A DNA stretch of 60,360 bases, the filler included. It is 4 parts of 4 records of this genome, joined end to end, with 100 filler letters (N's around TTAATTAATTAA, not from the genome) between each part and the next. Parts side by side here need not be neighbours in the genome. Positions count along the whole stretch, not along the records: positions 41,858 to 54,656 come from SRR31156797_465; 3 more parts are not named here. One strand, 5' to 3'. Both the position numbers and the translations under genes were made by a program. Numbering within the stretch: position 1 is the first letter of the stretch; each line of letters starts with the position of its first letter. Shown here piece by piece: positions 42,033-51,979 of the stretch. The notes below the pieces were generated by a model. It did no database searches. It was not told where the DNA came from and was given only the letters and a program-made list of their open reading frames with translations.

Positions 42033-45000
42033 TTGCAAAAGAACCGTAACAACATAAGAAAAACCCTTCGCGGCCATTCTCATTCGGTCCACGCCGATAC
42101 ATCGCCGGATAAACACACATCCGAAGCATTGTCGCTGACTGAAAAAGAACTCCGATCCCTTGTCCCGCTGACCATGGGCAGAGATCGACATATCTTTCAT
42201 AGACGTCTCAATGCCATTTTTAAAAAAAGCAAGGATCAAACAACCGGGCGGAAATTCATGGCACAACTTGAACCCCTTAAAAAAAGGATCAAGGGGTCCA
42301 TGGCGGAAAAACTGCAGCGCTCAAAACATGCTCCATCCGTCTCTTTCCCAGAGAATCTCCCCATTACCGCAAAAAAAACTGAAATTATTGATGCCGTTCG
42401 AAAAAATCCGGTTGTCATTATTGCCGGCGACACGGGTTCGGGGAAAAGCACCCAGATTCCTAAAATGTGTCTTGCCGCCGGCCGGGGCATTGACGGCAAA
42501 ATTGCCTGTACCCAACCCCGTCGCATCGCCGCCACCACCATAGCCGGTCGAATTGCAGAGGAGTTGGGCGAAACCGTTGGCTCATCGGTGGGGTATAAGA
42601 TCCGATTCAAGGATCGCACCCGTAAACAGGGATACATCAAGGTGCTCACCGACGGTATGTTGCTGGCGGAGACGCAACAGGACCCACGACTCTACGATTA
42701 TGACACCATCATTGTTGATGAGGCCCACGAAAGAAGCCTCAACATTGATTTTATTTTAGGAATTCTGAAAAACCTGGCTAAGAAACGAAAAGATCTAAAA
42801 CTGATCATCACGTCCGCCACCATCGATACGGAAAAATTCTCCAAAAATTTCGGGAAAGCACCGGTGATTCAGGTATCCGGACGGCGATATCCGGTTTCGG
42901 TCCAATACCGGCCCGTTGACCCGGAGCTTCAGGAAAAAGGGGATATGACCTATGTGGATGGGGCCGTCAAAACCGTGGAGGAGATCTGCCATTCCGGGGC
43001 CTTCGGGGATATCCTGGTGTTCATGCCCACGGAGCGGGATATCCTTGAGACCTGTGAGAGGCTGGAAGGGCGCGGCCTCAAAAACGTCTCCCTATTGCCC
43101 CTGTTTGCCAGGCTGCCCGGCCCCCGGCAAGCCAGGGTTTTTAAACCCGCAAACAAGCGCAAAGTGATTGTATCCACCAACGTGGCGGAAACCTCCCTGA
43201 CCATTCCGGGTATCCGATACGTGGTGGACACGGGGCTCGCCAGGATCTCACGGTATCTCCCCCGAACCCGTTCCACCAGCCTGCCCATCAGCCCCATTTC
43301 CAGGAGCAGCGCGGATCAGCGAGAAGGTCGCTGCGGTCGTCTGGAAAACGGCGTCTGCATTCGGCTCTATTCAGAGGAGGACTACGCATCCCGGCAGGAA
43401 TTCACGGATCCCGAAATCCTCAGAAGCAACCTGGCGGAGGTCATCCTCCGCATGATTTCCCTGAAGCTGGGAAACATTTCACTCTTTCCATTCCTTGACA
43501 AACCCAACCCCAGGAGCATCAAAGACGGTTTCGACCTGCTGGTGGAACTGGGGGCCGTCATTCGAAAAAAAGGTGAACCTATCCTGACGCCCAGGGGCCG
43601 CATGATGGCCAAAATGCCCATTGATCCGAAAATCTCCCGCATGATCCTTGAAGCGGAAAGCAGGGGTTGCGTGTATGACGTGGCGGTTATCGCATCGGGC
43701 CTGAGCATTCAGGATCCCAGGGAGAGGCCCCTTGAAAAAGCGGCCCAGGCGGATCAGGTCCATGGACAATTCAGAGATGCGGGTTCTGATTTTATCACAC
43801 TGCTGAATATCTGGAACCAATATCACCGTTCCTTTAAGACCCTTAGAACCCAGAACAAAATGCGAAAGTTCTGTAAAGCGCATTTCCTTTCCTTCACCCG
43901 CATGCGGGAATGGCACCACATCCATGAACAGATCTCCAACATACTGAAATCCCAGGGTATCAGGAATGTAAATCAGCAGAACCGGGAGACCGTAAAAGAC
44001 CGTTATGCGGCCATCCACCAGTCGATTCTGAGCGGATATCTGTCCAACATCGCCATTAAAAAAGAAAAAAATATTTACCTGGCAGCCAGGGGAAGGGAAG
44101 CCATGCTTTTCCCCGGCTCCACCCTCTTCAACAAAAGTCCCGATTGGATCGTGGCGGTGGAAATGGTGAAAACATCCAGGCTTTTCGCCAGAACCGCCGC
44201 AAAAATAGATCCCGAATGGCTGGAATCCCTGGGCGGCAGCCTCTGTAAATCCATCCACTCCCATCCCCATTGGGAAAAGAAGGCGGGACAGGTTCGGGCC
44301 GTTGAACAGGTCAGCCTCTACGGTCTGATCATCATCCCAAACCGCCATGTCTCCTATGGGCCCATCGATCCGGTGGTATCCCATGAGATTTTCATCAGAT
44401 CCGCTTTGGTGGATGGAGAAATGAAGAAAAAGTTCGGTTTCCTCAACCATAACCGGGCCCTCGTTCTGGAGATCACCCAAATGGAGGAGAAAGTGCGACG
44501 GCGCGGCATCCGGGTCAGCGATGAGCGCATGGAATCATTTTATTCATCGCGGCTACCGGGCGTGTACGACATCCGCACTCTTGAGAAACAAATCAGAAAA
44601 CGCGGGGGCGATGATTTCCTTAAAATGACCCGATCCGACGTAATCGCCGAGGTTCCCGACCTGGAAGAGGTGGCCCAATATCCCGATGAAATGACCGTCG
44701 GAAACGGCGCACTCCGGTTCTCCTATAAATTCAAGCCCGGCAAACCGGATGACGGGGTCACCCTCAAGGTACCGCTGAATCAAGCCTCCGAAGTGTCGCC
44801 CCACCAACTGGACTGGGTGGTACCGGGGCTTTTCAAGGAAAAAATCACGGCCCTCATTAAAGGGTTGCCCAAACATTACCGCAAACAGCTTGTGCCCGTC
44901 TCCGGCACCGTGGAAATCATCCTGTGCGAAATGGAAAAATCCCGGGACCCGTTGATTTCAACCCTTGGCAGATTTATCTACCAACGCTTCGGGGTGGACA

Positions 45001-46064
45001 TTCCGGCGGCGGAATGGGCCGAGTCCCATATCCCCGAACACCTTCAAATGAGGGTTTCCATCAGGGACCATAAAAACCGTGAACTGAAATCCGCCAGGGA
45101 TGCTTCAATCCTGAACAGACTGCCGAAAATCGACGCAAATCAGACTGAAGAACAATCCAATGTTTGGCGAAAAGCAGAGGCTCACTGGGAAAAGCAAGGC
45201 ATCGTAAGGTGGAATTTCAAAACCCTGCCGGAAACCGTTTCCCTGACCCCACGCCTTACGGCCTTTCCCGCCCTTTCACCGGGTGAAAACAGTGTTGAAA
45301 TCCGCTTGTTCAAAACCCGGCCCCAAGCCCTTGAATGCCACAGGGGAGGCGTCCGGAAACTATTCATGCTCCACTTCAGAAAAGATCTGAAACTGCTTAA
45401 AAAAGACCTCAAAATACCCGCGCACTTATCTTCTAAAACCGTTGATTTCGGTGGACCGGGATCCGTGGAAAATGCCATGTTTGACACGCTTATGAGCCGC
45501 TTTTTTGATCGCAATATCCGAACGGAAACCGCATTTAGCAAAGCCGCTGAAGCCATTGCCCGTGAAATTTTCCCCACGGGCAAACGTTTAATGGAACTTA
45601 CAGGCCAGGTCCTTTCAAGCTACCACCACGCCACCCTGTTTATCCATCAGGTTGAGATAAAAAACAGAAACAACATGCCAGCGGCAGGCCTCTGCAAACG
45701 TCTTATGACGGAGATGGGGGCGCTGGTTCCCCGGGATTTCGTGGAACGGTACACAATGGAACGTCTGGTCCATCTCCCCCGTTATCTCAGGGCACTTGAA
45801 ATCAGGGTCGAACGCGGGGTCTATCATCCGGACAAAGATCGAGAAAAAGAGGCCCTCATTTTACCCCTCAAGGCGGCTCTCAAAAGAAATCTAACAAGCA
45901 TCACTTCGAGGGCCACCCTTGAAAAAAGGTGTGCTTTTGAAGAATTTTTCTGGATGGTTGAGGAGTATAAGGTCTCCGTCTTTGCACAGGAGCTGAAGAC
46001 TGCCATACCGGTTTCAGCCAAGCGGCTGGATGAAAAAATGCGGGAACTGGAACGGATGATTTGA
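42033..46064 (+). CDS. hrpA: ATP-dependent RNA helicase HrpA
   Basis: GDTGSGKST, TQPRRIAA, DEAH, SAT, TNVAETSLT, QREGRCGR, and C-terminal WMVEEYKVSVFAQEL. Exact start uncertain. Confidence 0.96.
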   Translation: MQKNRNNIRKTLRGHSHSVHADTSPDKHTSEALSLTEKELRSLVPLTMGRDRHIFHRRLNAIFKKSKDQTTGRKFMAQLEPLKKRIKGSMAEKLQRSKHAPSVSFPENLPITAKKTEIIDAVRKNPVVIIAGDTGSGKSTQIPKMCLAAGRGIDGKIACTQPRRIAATTIAGRIAEELGETVGSSVGYKIRFKDRTRKQGYIKVLTDGMLLAETQQDPRLYDYDTIIVDEAHERSLNIDFILGILKNLAKKRKDLKLIITSATIDTEKFSKNFGKAPVIQVSGRRYPVSVQYRPVDPELQEKGDMTYVDGAVKTVEEICHSGAFGDILVFMPTERDILETCERLEGRGLKNVSLLPLFARLPGPRQARVFKPANKRKVIVSTNVAETSLTIPGIRYVVDTGLARISRYLPRTRSTSLPISPISRSSADQREGRCGRLENGVCIRLYSEEDYASRQEFTDPEILRSNLAEVILRMISLKLGNISLFPFLDKPNPRSIKDGFDLLVELGAVIRKKGEPILTPRGRMMAKMPIDPKISRMILEAESRGCVYDVAVIASGLSIQDPRERPLEKAAQADQVHGQFRDAGSDFITLLNIWNQYHRSFKTLRTQNKMRKFCKAHFLSFTRMREWHHIHEQISNILKSQGIRNVNQQNRETVKDRYAAIHQSILSGYLSNIAIKKEKNIYLAARGREAMLFPGSTLFNKSPDWIVAVEMVKTSRLFARTAAKIDPEWLESLGGSLCKSIHSHPHWEKKAGQVRAVEQVSLYGLIIIPNRHVSYGPIDPVVSHEIFIRSALVDGEMKKKFGFLNHNRALVLEITQMEEKVRRRGIRVSDERMESFYSSRLPGVYDIRTLEKQIRKRGGDDFLKMTRSDVIAEVPDLEEVAQYPDEMTVGNGALRFSYKFKPGKPDDGVTLKVPLNQASEVSPHQLDWVVPGLFKEKITALIKGLPKHYRKQLVPVSGTVEIILCEMEKSRDPLISTLGRFIYQRFGVDIPAAEWAESHIPEHLQMRVSIRDHKNRELKSARDASILNRLPKIDANQTEEQSNVWRKAEAHWEKQGIVRWNFKTLPETVSLTPRLTAFPALSPGENSVEIRLFKTRPQALECHRGGVRKLFMLHFRKDLKLLKKDLKIPAHLSSKTVDFGGPGSVENAMFDTLMSRFFDRNIRTETAFSKAAEAIAREIFPTGKRLMELTGQVLSSYHHATLFIHQVEIKNRNNMPAAGLCKRLMTEMGALVPRDFVERYTMERLVHLPRYLRALEIRVERGVYHPDKDREKEALILPLKAALKRNLTSITSRATLEKRCAFEEFFWMVEEYKVSVFAQELKTAIPVSAKRLDEKMRELERMI

Positions 46065-46327
46065 ATGAACCCCCGGCCGACGGCTTCATCCCCCTCACTG
46101 ATTCGGTCGACTTCTTACCATCGGAAAGAGACTCTTAAAGGTAAGGCGGAAGATGAAAGCACTCTCCTTGCGGCCGGCACCGGAAGTCTTTCCTCCGGCG
46201 ACACTCCAAGGAATCGATCAAAAATCTTTGCAGATTGACAATTGGCGGTTATTGGTTTATGCATTCTTTCTTAGTCGATTCCGGAATTCCGGATCCAGCG
46301 CTTCCGAACCCCTTTTCAATTCCGGTT

Positions 46328-47080
46328 ATGGACCGAAAACACCCTGCCATACAGTGCGTCAGCCTTGAAAAGACCTACGGCGATCGGACCGTGCTTGGAA
46401 GTATCAACCTTGTGGTGGAAAGCGGCGATATTCTGGCCCTCGTGGGCTCCAACGGCGCAGGCAAGACCACCCTCATCAAAATCCTTGCGGGTCTGATTAT
46501 TCCCACAGGGGGCAAAGCCCTTGTGTGCGGATACGATATCATGAGAGATCCCATGCAGGCAAAAAAAAAGATCGGTTTTGTTCCATCGGAGGAGCGCAGC
46601 TTTTACTGGCGTTTGAGCGGCCGGCAAAATCTCAATTTCTTTGCCTCCCTTCACAATATCCACGGTAAAGAGCGTGATAAAAGCGTCAACGGGGCCCTTG
46701 AGGCTGTGGGCCTCGAAGACAAAGGGCACGTTCGCTTTAAGGAATACTCATCCGGCATGAAGCAGGCCCTGGGGATTGCCAGGGGCATCTTGCATAATCC
46801 ACAGGTCCTCCTGCTGGACGAACCCACCCGGAGCCTCAGTCCGGATATCGCGAAAAAGATCCGGGAACTCATGCAAAACAAGGTCCGGAATGAAGGAAAG
46901 ACCATTCTGATTTCCTCCCACAACCTGGAGGAAATAGAAAAACTGGCGGATCGTATGGCCATTATCCGCCACGGCGTTATCCAGGCCCATGGTTCCGTAA
47001 ACGAACTGAAAACGAAAGCAAAACTTCCGCAATCCACGGATCTGAACATCCTTTTCGAACATTTTACCCGTACTTGTTAA
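46328..47080 (+). CDS. ABC exporter ATP-binding protein
   Basis: GSNGAGKTT, YSSGM, LLLDEP, SSH. ORF extends back to 46235, but TTGACA there looks like a -35 element, so ATG 46328 is preferred. Confidence 0.92.
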   Translation: MDRKHPAIQCVSLEKTYGDRTVLGSINLVVESGDILALVGSNGAGKTTLIKILAGLIIPTGGKALVCGYDIMRDPMQAKKKIGFVPSEERSFYWRLSGRQNLNFFASLHNIHGKERDKSVNGALEAVGLEDKGHVRFKEYSSGMKQALGIARGILHNPQVLLLDEPTRSLSPDIAKKIRELMQNKVRNEGKTILISSHNLEEIEKLADRMAIIRHGVIQAHGSVNELKTKAKLPQSTDLNILFEHFTRTC

Positions 47081-47083
47081 TCC

Positions 47084-47926
47084 ATGGAATCCAGTCACCC
47101 ATTATCAAACCTCAAATATCAATGGGCAACCCTGTGGGCTTTTTTAAAACGGGATCTCCTGAACGAATTAAGCTACAAACTCTCCTTTTTGCTCCAATTG
47201 GTGGGAATCTTTCCATCGGTGCTCATGTTCTTTTTCCTCTCCCGCCTGGTGGGGAATACCATCTCAGGCCCCCTTGAACCTTACGGCGGCAGCTATTTCC
47301 CCTTTGTCCTCATCGGCATCGCCGTTCAAAACTACCTGACCCTGTCGCTGAGTAGATTTTCCGGCAATCTTCGGGAATCGCAACTCTCGGGCACCCTGGA
47401 GGCGGTCCTGGCAACCCCTGTTCGCCTCCCCTCTTTTCTCATGGGCTCCACCGCTTATAGCTTTGTCTTCAATGCCCTGCGCATCTTCGTCTATCTTGCG
47501 GTGGGCACTCTCCTGCTGGATGTCCATTTCAACTGGGCGCGACTCCCCGCAGCCCTCGGTGTCATCTGCCTCACCATCGCCGCCTTTTCCAGTCTGGGTA
47601 TATTATCCGCCAGCTTCATCATGCTCTTCAAAAGGGGGGATCCCGTCAACTGGGGCTTTAACGTCATATCGTGGCTGTTGGGCGGGGTCTACTATCCCGT
47701 CGGCATTCTTCCCCAATGGCTTCAGAAATGGGCGGATTTCATTCCCATGACCCATGCCCTGAAAGCACTCCGAATCATCCTTCTGACCGAAAATGAGCTT
47801 TCCTCACTTATGGGGTGCCTGATGGGACTCGGCCTCTGGAGCGTCATCGGGCTCCCGTTAAGTCTCTGCTGCTTTCGATATGCCCTGAACCGGGCCAGGA
47901 TGCAGGGAACGCTGGGGCACTATTAA
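47084..47926 (+). CDS. ABC-2 type permease
   Basis: About six TM helices. ESQLSGTLEAVLATP and GVYYPVGILPQWLQ...PMTHAL..LR. Confidence 0.9.
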   Translation: MESSHPLSNLKYQWATLWAFLKRDLLNELSYKLSFLLQLVGIFPSVLMFFFLSRLVGNTISGPLEPYGGSYFPFVLIGIAVQNYLTLSLSRFSGNLRESQLSGTLEAVLATPVRLPSFLMGSTAYSFVFNALRIFVYLAVGTLLLDVHFNWARLPAALGVICLTIAAFSSLGILSASFIMLFKRGDPVNWGFNVISWLLGGVYYPVGILPQWLQKWADFIPMTHALKALRIILLTENELSSLMGCLMGLGLWSVIGLPLSLCCFRYALNRARMQGTLGHY

Positions 47927-47936
47927 AGAACCGGAA

Positions 47937-48182
47937 CTAAAGGTCAATGAGTTGTTTAGTGCGAAGTTCTTCTAGACATCTTGCGACGTCATCCGAAAGA
48001 TCGTGGGCCGAATCCACCTGAAAATGGTTTCGCATTTCCTGCTCCATTTCCACTGAATTCCGACCGTTTTGGTGAAGGTGATACACCATTCGAGCGGTAG
48101 AATTGAGCACGTGAACCGAATCCTGTTCCGTGTCGTACACCATGAGTTCGGAATCCATTTCTTTGGTGATATGTCTTGTCAC
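47937..48182 (-). CDS. Standalone PqqD-family RiPP recognition element (RRE)
   Basis: ELMVYD...VHVLNSTARMVY...DDVARCLEELRTKQLI fits the PqqD pattern. GTG start with GGAG RBS. Confidence 0.85.
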   Translation of the reverse strand: MTRHITKEMDSELMVYDTEQDSVHVLNSTARMVYHLHQNGRNSVEMEQEMRNHFQVDSAHDLSDDVARCLEELRTKQLIDL

Positions 48183-48224
48183 TGTATTACTCCAATCAAA
48201 AAATTTTTCATCTACAGAACGGGG

Positions 48225-48791
48225 TCACATCCACATCCTGATCAAAAGCCGCTGGAGTGCTCTTCCGCCGACCGCCTCACCCCTGGCCATCCATTTAAAG
48301 ATGATAAGCGGGCGATTTCCCACACTCCGATGTTTGATCCGTTGAGCCATCCTCACGGCCTTGAATTTCCAAAAACCTGCAACGCCCAATGTTCGGTTTA
48401 ACAACCGCCATGGGAGGCGGTTCATCTGCAGAGCCGCATCCCCCCGGTAAAGGGTTTCCACCCTTCCCAGGAATGCTTCTCCATCAAAGCATCCCCATCC
48501 TGATAGGGCATCCCCTTTCTGCCAGAATATTGGACCTGTACTGCCCTGCTCCATTTTCAACAGGCGGTGAACCATAATACGGTCTCCCTGATAATAGGCA
48601 ACCATATCACCGGACCTGGCAGCCTCTATGCCCACCAGTTCTATCTTGACACTGTCCCCAGGCCGGATCAGGGGCATCATGCTCCCGGTGGCAATGGGCA
48701 GTGTGACGGTCTTCCCGGAAATTTTACACAGATCCAGGAAGGAGCGGGAAAAGCCTTTTCCTTCCATATGGGGGATATATTCACCCATCAT
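48225..48791 (-). CDS. S24/S26 family peptidase, no N-terminal TM
   Basis: TGSMMPLIRPGD (catalytic Ser), MVHRL, KGD, FLGRV. Start overlaps the C25 stop (ATGA). Confidence 0.82.
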   Translation of the reverse strand: MMGEYIPHMEGKGFSRSFLDLCKISGKTVTLPIATGSMMPLIRPGDSVKIELVGIEAARSGDMVAYYQGDRIMVHRLLKMEQGSTGPIFWQKGDALSGWGCFDGEAFLGRVETLYRGDAALQMNRLPWRLLNRTLGVAGFWKFKAVRMAQRIKHRSVGNRPLIIFKWMARGEAVGGRALQRLLIRMWM

Positions 48792-51700
48792 GGAACAACC
48801 CTCAGATTCAGAAACTTACCGGAGCCACTCTTGATAACAGGGTTTTTGATGCTGCTGGTGGGACCGCCTTTCTCGGTGAACGTCGAATTCCACCCGCCTT
48901 CAATGGTGATCTCTTTTCCCCCGTCCACCACGATTTCTTCATTGTAAACCCCTTGGGAAACTTGAATAACATCCGGGACAGGAGATCCAGCAATGGCCTC
49001 ATTGATCGTACCGCAACATGGGGTTTTTCCGCCGCAAACCTTATCGGCAGACACGTAGGCGGTTCCTGAAAAGGGCTCCAGCAGAACCGTGGCCGGATCT
49101 CCGAAAAAAGCCAGCGTTTGAATTGCATCAGAGGTGATACCCTTACCGTAAGCCGCTATTTTAGCCTGAGTCACCGCAGACCCCATAATCCCATTTTTTG
49201 ACTGGAAAATGGTTGAGAATAGTTCCTTGCCCAGAATCTCGTGCTCCCAAACATACCCCGAACCACTGGGTGCCTGAATACCAATTGTTCCCCGGTTTTC
49301 TCCGGCCATAAACGCCTCTGCCAAACAATAATAATAAGGTTGGCAAAAATAGCCGTTCAAACACGTCATGGCTACGAGAAAACTGAGAGTATTTCCATTG
49401 GACAGTAAATCAACATCATTTGTATAGTCGTTTCCTGCTGAACGTCGATTCGTAAAAAGGGTTTCGTCGGCCCACTTTGTGACGCTGCCATGCCCTAAAT
49501 ATTCCGTAATCAAAGCCCCTTGGTCCATATGTTGAATGATATGGCGGGTCGCCGTAGCGGTGTCTCCCCCGTATTTGCCAAGATAAACCTTTTGTACACC
49601 AAACCCTTCCGGTAGATAAGCAATCAGTTCGTTATTGACGTTCTCAAAAGAGCTTTCACCGTTGTCGGCAACCAACAAAACCTGTTCCGATCTATTGAGA
49701 GCGGCGGGTGAAAATCCCATAATTTTCGAGACCACCCCCGCCAACATGGCTGCGCTGGAACCGGGGATCCGGCCCACGCACATATCAGGCAAAATATCAG
49801 ACGCACCACCCATACAAACATACCAGTTATCCGATGGTACAAGATATTTTGAATACATAACATGTGGAGGAATTATATTCTTTCTACCCGTTTTAAGATA
49901 ATTCCGATAGTCCAAGGTAGCATCCCCCGCTAAAAGCAAATAGCCAGGTGCCGGCGCTGTCCAATTCTGATAGGCATATTCCAAAAACTCTTTAATGGCT
50001 GCAGGGTCAAATATGCCGTTATTAAATTCATTGTAAATATCTTCCACCGCCACCGCCTTTGATCGATATCCTTGTGATTGACGGAGTGCTACCAGTGGTG
50101 TCACCGAAGACAAAAACGCCTTTTTGGTAATGACAATCCAGTCTGCGCCGTTAGCGGTGGAATGAAGATCACTTGTTTGCCAAAGCACCAGGTTGGCGGG
50201 CTTTAAAACCGCATTATCACCGCCGATCCAGTAGCGCCTTTCCGTACTGGAAAGATCGGTGAAAACTGCCTTGTAACCACCTCCGTCAGAGACGACTGAA
50301 AAATCAGAGACGTGTGTGGGGGATAAGGCATCTGTAATGTCGTACAATATTATAGTCGGTGTGTTGAATCCTTTAACTGAAACTTGCCGAGGTCCCGCTC
50401 CGGTTACCCGAAAATCAAGTCGGTTCGAAACAGCCTCAAGACCACGCCAATAATCAACTTCAATCCAATTAAGATACGCACTATCTAAGGAAGCCGCATC
50501 TCCTACTAATTCAACCGTACAGGTATTGACACCATTGAAAAGAATGCTCGGTGAAACCGTCATTGTCTGAGTGAAGGTGTTCGCGCCGGTCCAGTAACCG
50601 TCACCGCCAACCGCAATTTCGATACCATTCCACCGAATCCTGGAATGGTGTTGGCCTGCCGCTGTACTGATCCCCTGAAAGCAGACCCGCACCGTTGCAT
50701 TTGATGCCGACGAAACAGGCGAATGTAGAAAGGCTGAGAAATCAATCGTAATCGGCGCCGTCATCTTTCTCCAAAAAAAGTAATCCTCGTCCGGAGCTCC
50801 GGGAGTCTGATACCAGAGGTAATCGTTTTCCTCAAAGTGCAGTGTTTCGTAGAAAAGAGTTACTGCTGTAGCGTTATCTGTTTTGGAATCATCGGCGGTC
50901 CCCAACCGCCGGCCTTCCTGCACACCCCATCTGAGCCAGTACACATTGGTATCGGTAAATTGCGTGTTCAAACTTTCGCCATAGAACTCTATAAAATCCC
51001 CGGAAGTAAATACCGATCCTGAGGCCACAACTCTTATCGCCAACTCCAATCCCCCGTTAAATATCTGAAACGTCAATGGGTTGATGGGTGCGGGTAGCCC
51101 TGCTGCCACAAGCTCCGCGTATGTCATTCGGTAAATGCCGTCCTCCCGGACTTCGATACGAATGCGTTGGGGCGACTGGGGAGATGCAATCGAAATATCT
51201 TCAGCTGACCCCTGAACATATTTGTCAGTATCCTTAACTGCAGAAGTCAAACCGATTGAAGAATTAATGAGTACGTTGCGTTTAATTGTATCAAACGTTT
51301 TTAGCGATATTGATTTGTTTTTATTGGATGAGTTATTCGGTAAGGTGTCTATATTCAGCGATTTTTCAAAGCTGATCTTCAATTCCATGTTGCGGCAGCA
51401 CCGCAACTCACTGGTCGCCGCATTCCATTGAAACGGATACACCTCAACCCGTGCAACCGGGGTGCCACGAAGATCACCCAGGCGATGAACGGTCACCTTC
51501 TTTTCCGGGTAAAACCCAGTCGCACCATACGCGGAAGAATCCTTAACAAAACGCTCTGTTCGCTGCTCTTCTACCGTCAGCACCATTTCCGGCACCGGAT
51601 AAATATTCAAACCTTCAACGGTTTCAGTGAAGGCATTTAAGATTTCAACCTTCAATGCCCCCGAATCCGGAACCTGCACCAGAAATCCCATGATGGGTAG

Positions 51701-51952
51701 CTCTGGATATCCGGTTCGGCTGGTTTTCCCCCAATCTGGAAAGATTACTCTGTCGAACGTACCACCATCTGTTGATATTTTTTGAATATGGGGCTTGGGT
51801 GCAGTCACCTGCACCGTAATTTCTCGGGAGCTGGAAGCGGTTACCTGTACCCAGGATGGGTTTTCAACTGCTCCTCTTGCAAACTCTCCGAATGAAAGGA
51901 CCGCCATCCATATGAGAAGAGCGAGAATCCAATGCCTCCTTTGATTTCTCAT
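48788..51952 (-). CDS. Secreted C25 (gingipain-like) cysteine peptidase with propeptide
   Basis: Signal peptide, propeptide-like GYPELP...VYPFQWN, IYNEFNNG..DPAAIKEFL, YLLLAGD, SDNWY, VGRIP, YLGHG (His), MTCLNG (Cys), FGDPA. GGGAGG RBS. Confidence 0.9.
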   Translation of the reverse strand: MRNQRRHWILALLIWMAVLSFGEFARGAVENPSWVQVTASSSREITVQVTAPKPHIQKISTDGGTFDRVIFPDWGKTSRTGYPELPIMGFLVQVPDSGALKVEILNAFTETVEGLNIYPVPEMVLTVEEQRTERFVKDSSAYGATGFYPEKKVTVHRLGDLRGTPVARVEVYPFQWNAATSELRCCRNMELKISFEKSLNIDTLPNNSSNKNKSISLKTFDTIKRNVLINSSIGLTSAVKDTDKYVQGSAEDISIASPQSPQRIRIEVREDGIYRMTYAELVAAGLPAPINPLTFQIFNGGLELAIRVVASGSVFTSGDFIEFYGESLNTQFTDTNVYWLRWGVQEGRRLGTADDSKTDNATAVTLFYETLHFEENDYLWYQTPGAPDEDYFFWRKMTAPITIDFSAFLHSPVSSASNATVRVCFQGISTAAGQHHSRIRWNGIEIAVGGDGYWTGANTFTQTMTVSPSILFNGVNTCTVELVGDAASLDSAYLNWIEVDYWRGLEAVSNRLDFRVTGAGPRQVSVKGFNTPTIILYDITDALSPTHVSDFSVVSDGGGYKAVFTDLSSTERRYWIGGDNAVLKPANLVLWQTSDLHSTANGADWIVITKKAFLSSVTPLVALRQSQGYRSKAVAVEDIYNEFNNGIFDPAAIKEFLEYAYQNWTAPAPGYLLLAGDATLDYRNYLKTGRKNIIPPHVMYSKYLVPSDNWYVCMGGASDILPDMCVGRIPGSSAAMLAGVVSKIMGFSPAALNRSEQVLLVADNGESSFENVNNELIAYLPEGFGVQKVYLGKYGGDTATATRHIIQHMDQGALITEYLGHGSVTKWADETLFTNRRSAGNDYTNDVDLLSNGNTLSFLVAMTCLNGYFCQPYYYCLAEAFMAGENRGTIGIQAPSGSGYVWEHEILGKELFSTIFQSKNGIMGSAVTQAKIAAYGKGITSDAIQTLAFFGDPATVLLEPFSGTAYVSADKVCGGKTPCCGTINEAIAGSPVPDVIQVSQGVYNEEIVVDGGKEITIEGGWNSTFTEKGGPTSSIKNPVIKSGSGKFLNLRVVP

Positions 51953-51979
51953 AAAAATAGCCTCCCGGGTAAAAACAGC

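Noticed and set aside
46061-46237. 58-codon ORF or structured RNA between hrpA and the ABC genes as the RiPP precursor
   Set aside because: No Cys-rich or leader-like features, no clear RBS, opposite strand to the maturases, and no recognisable RNA fold.
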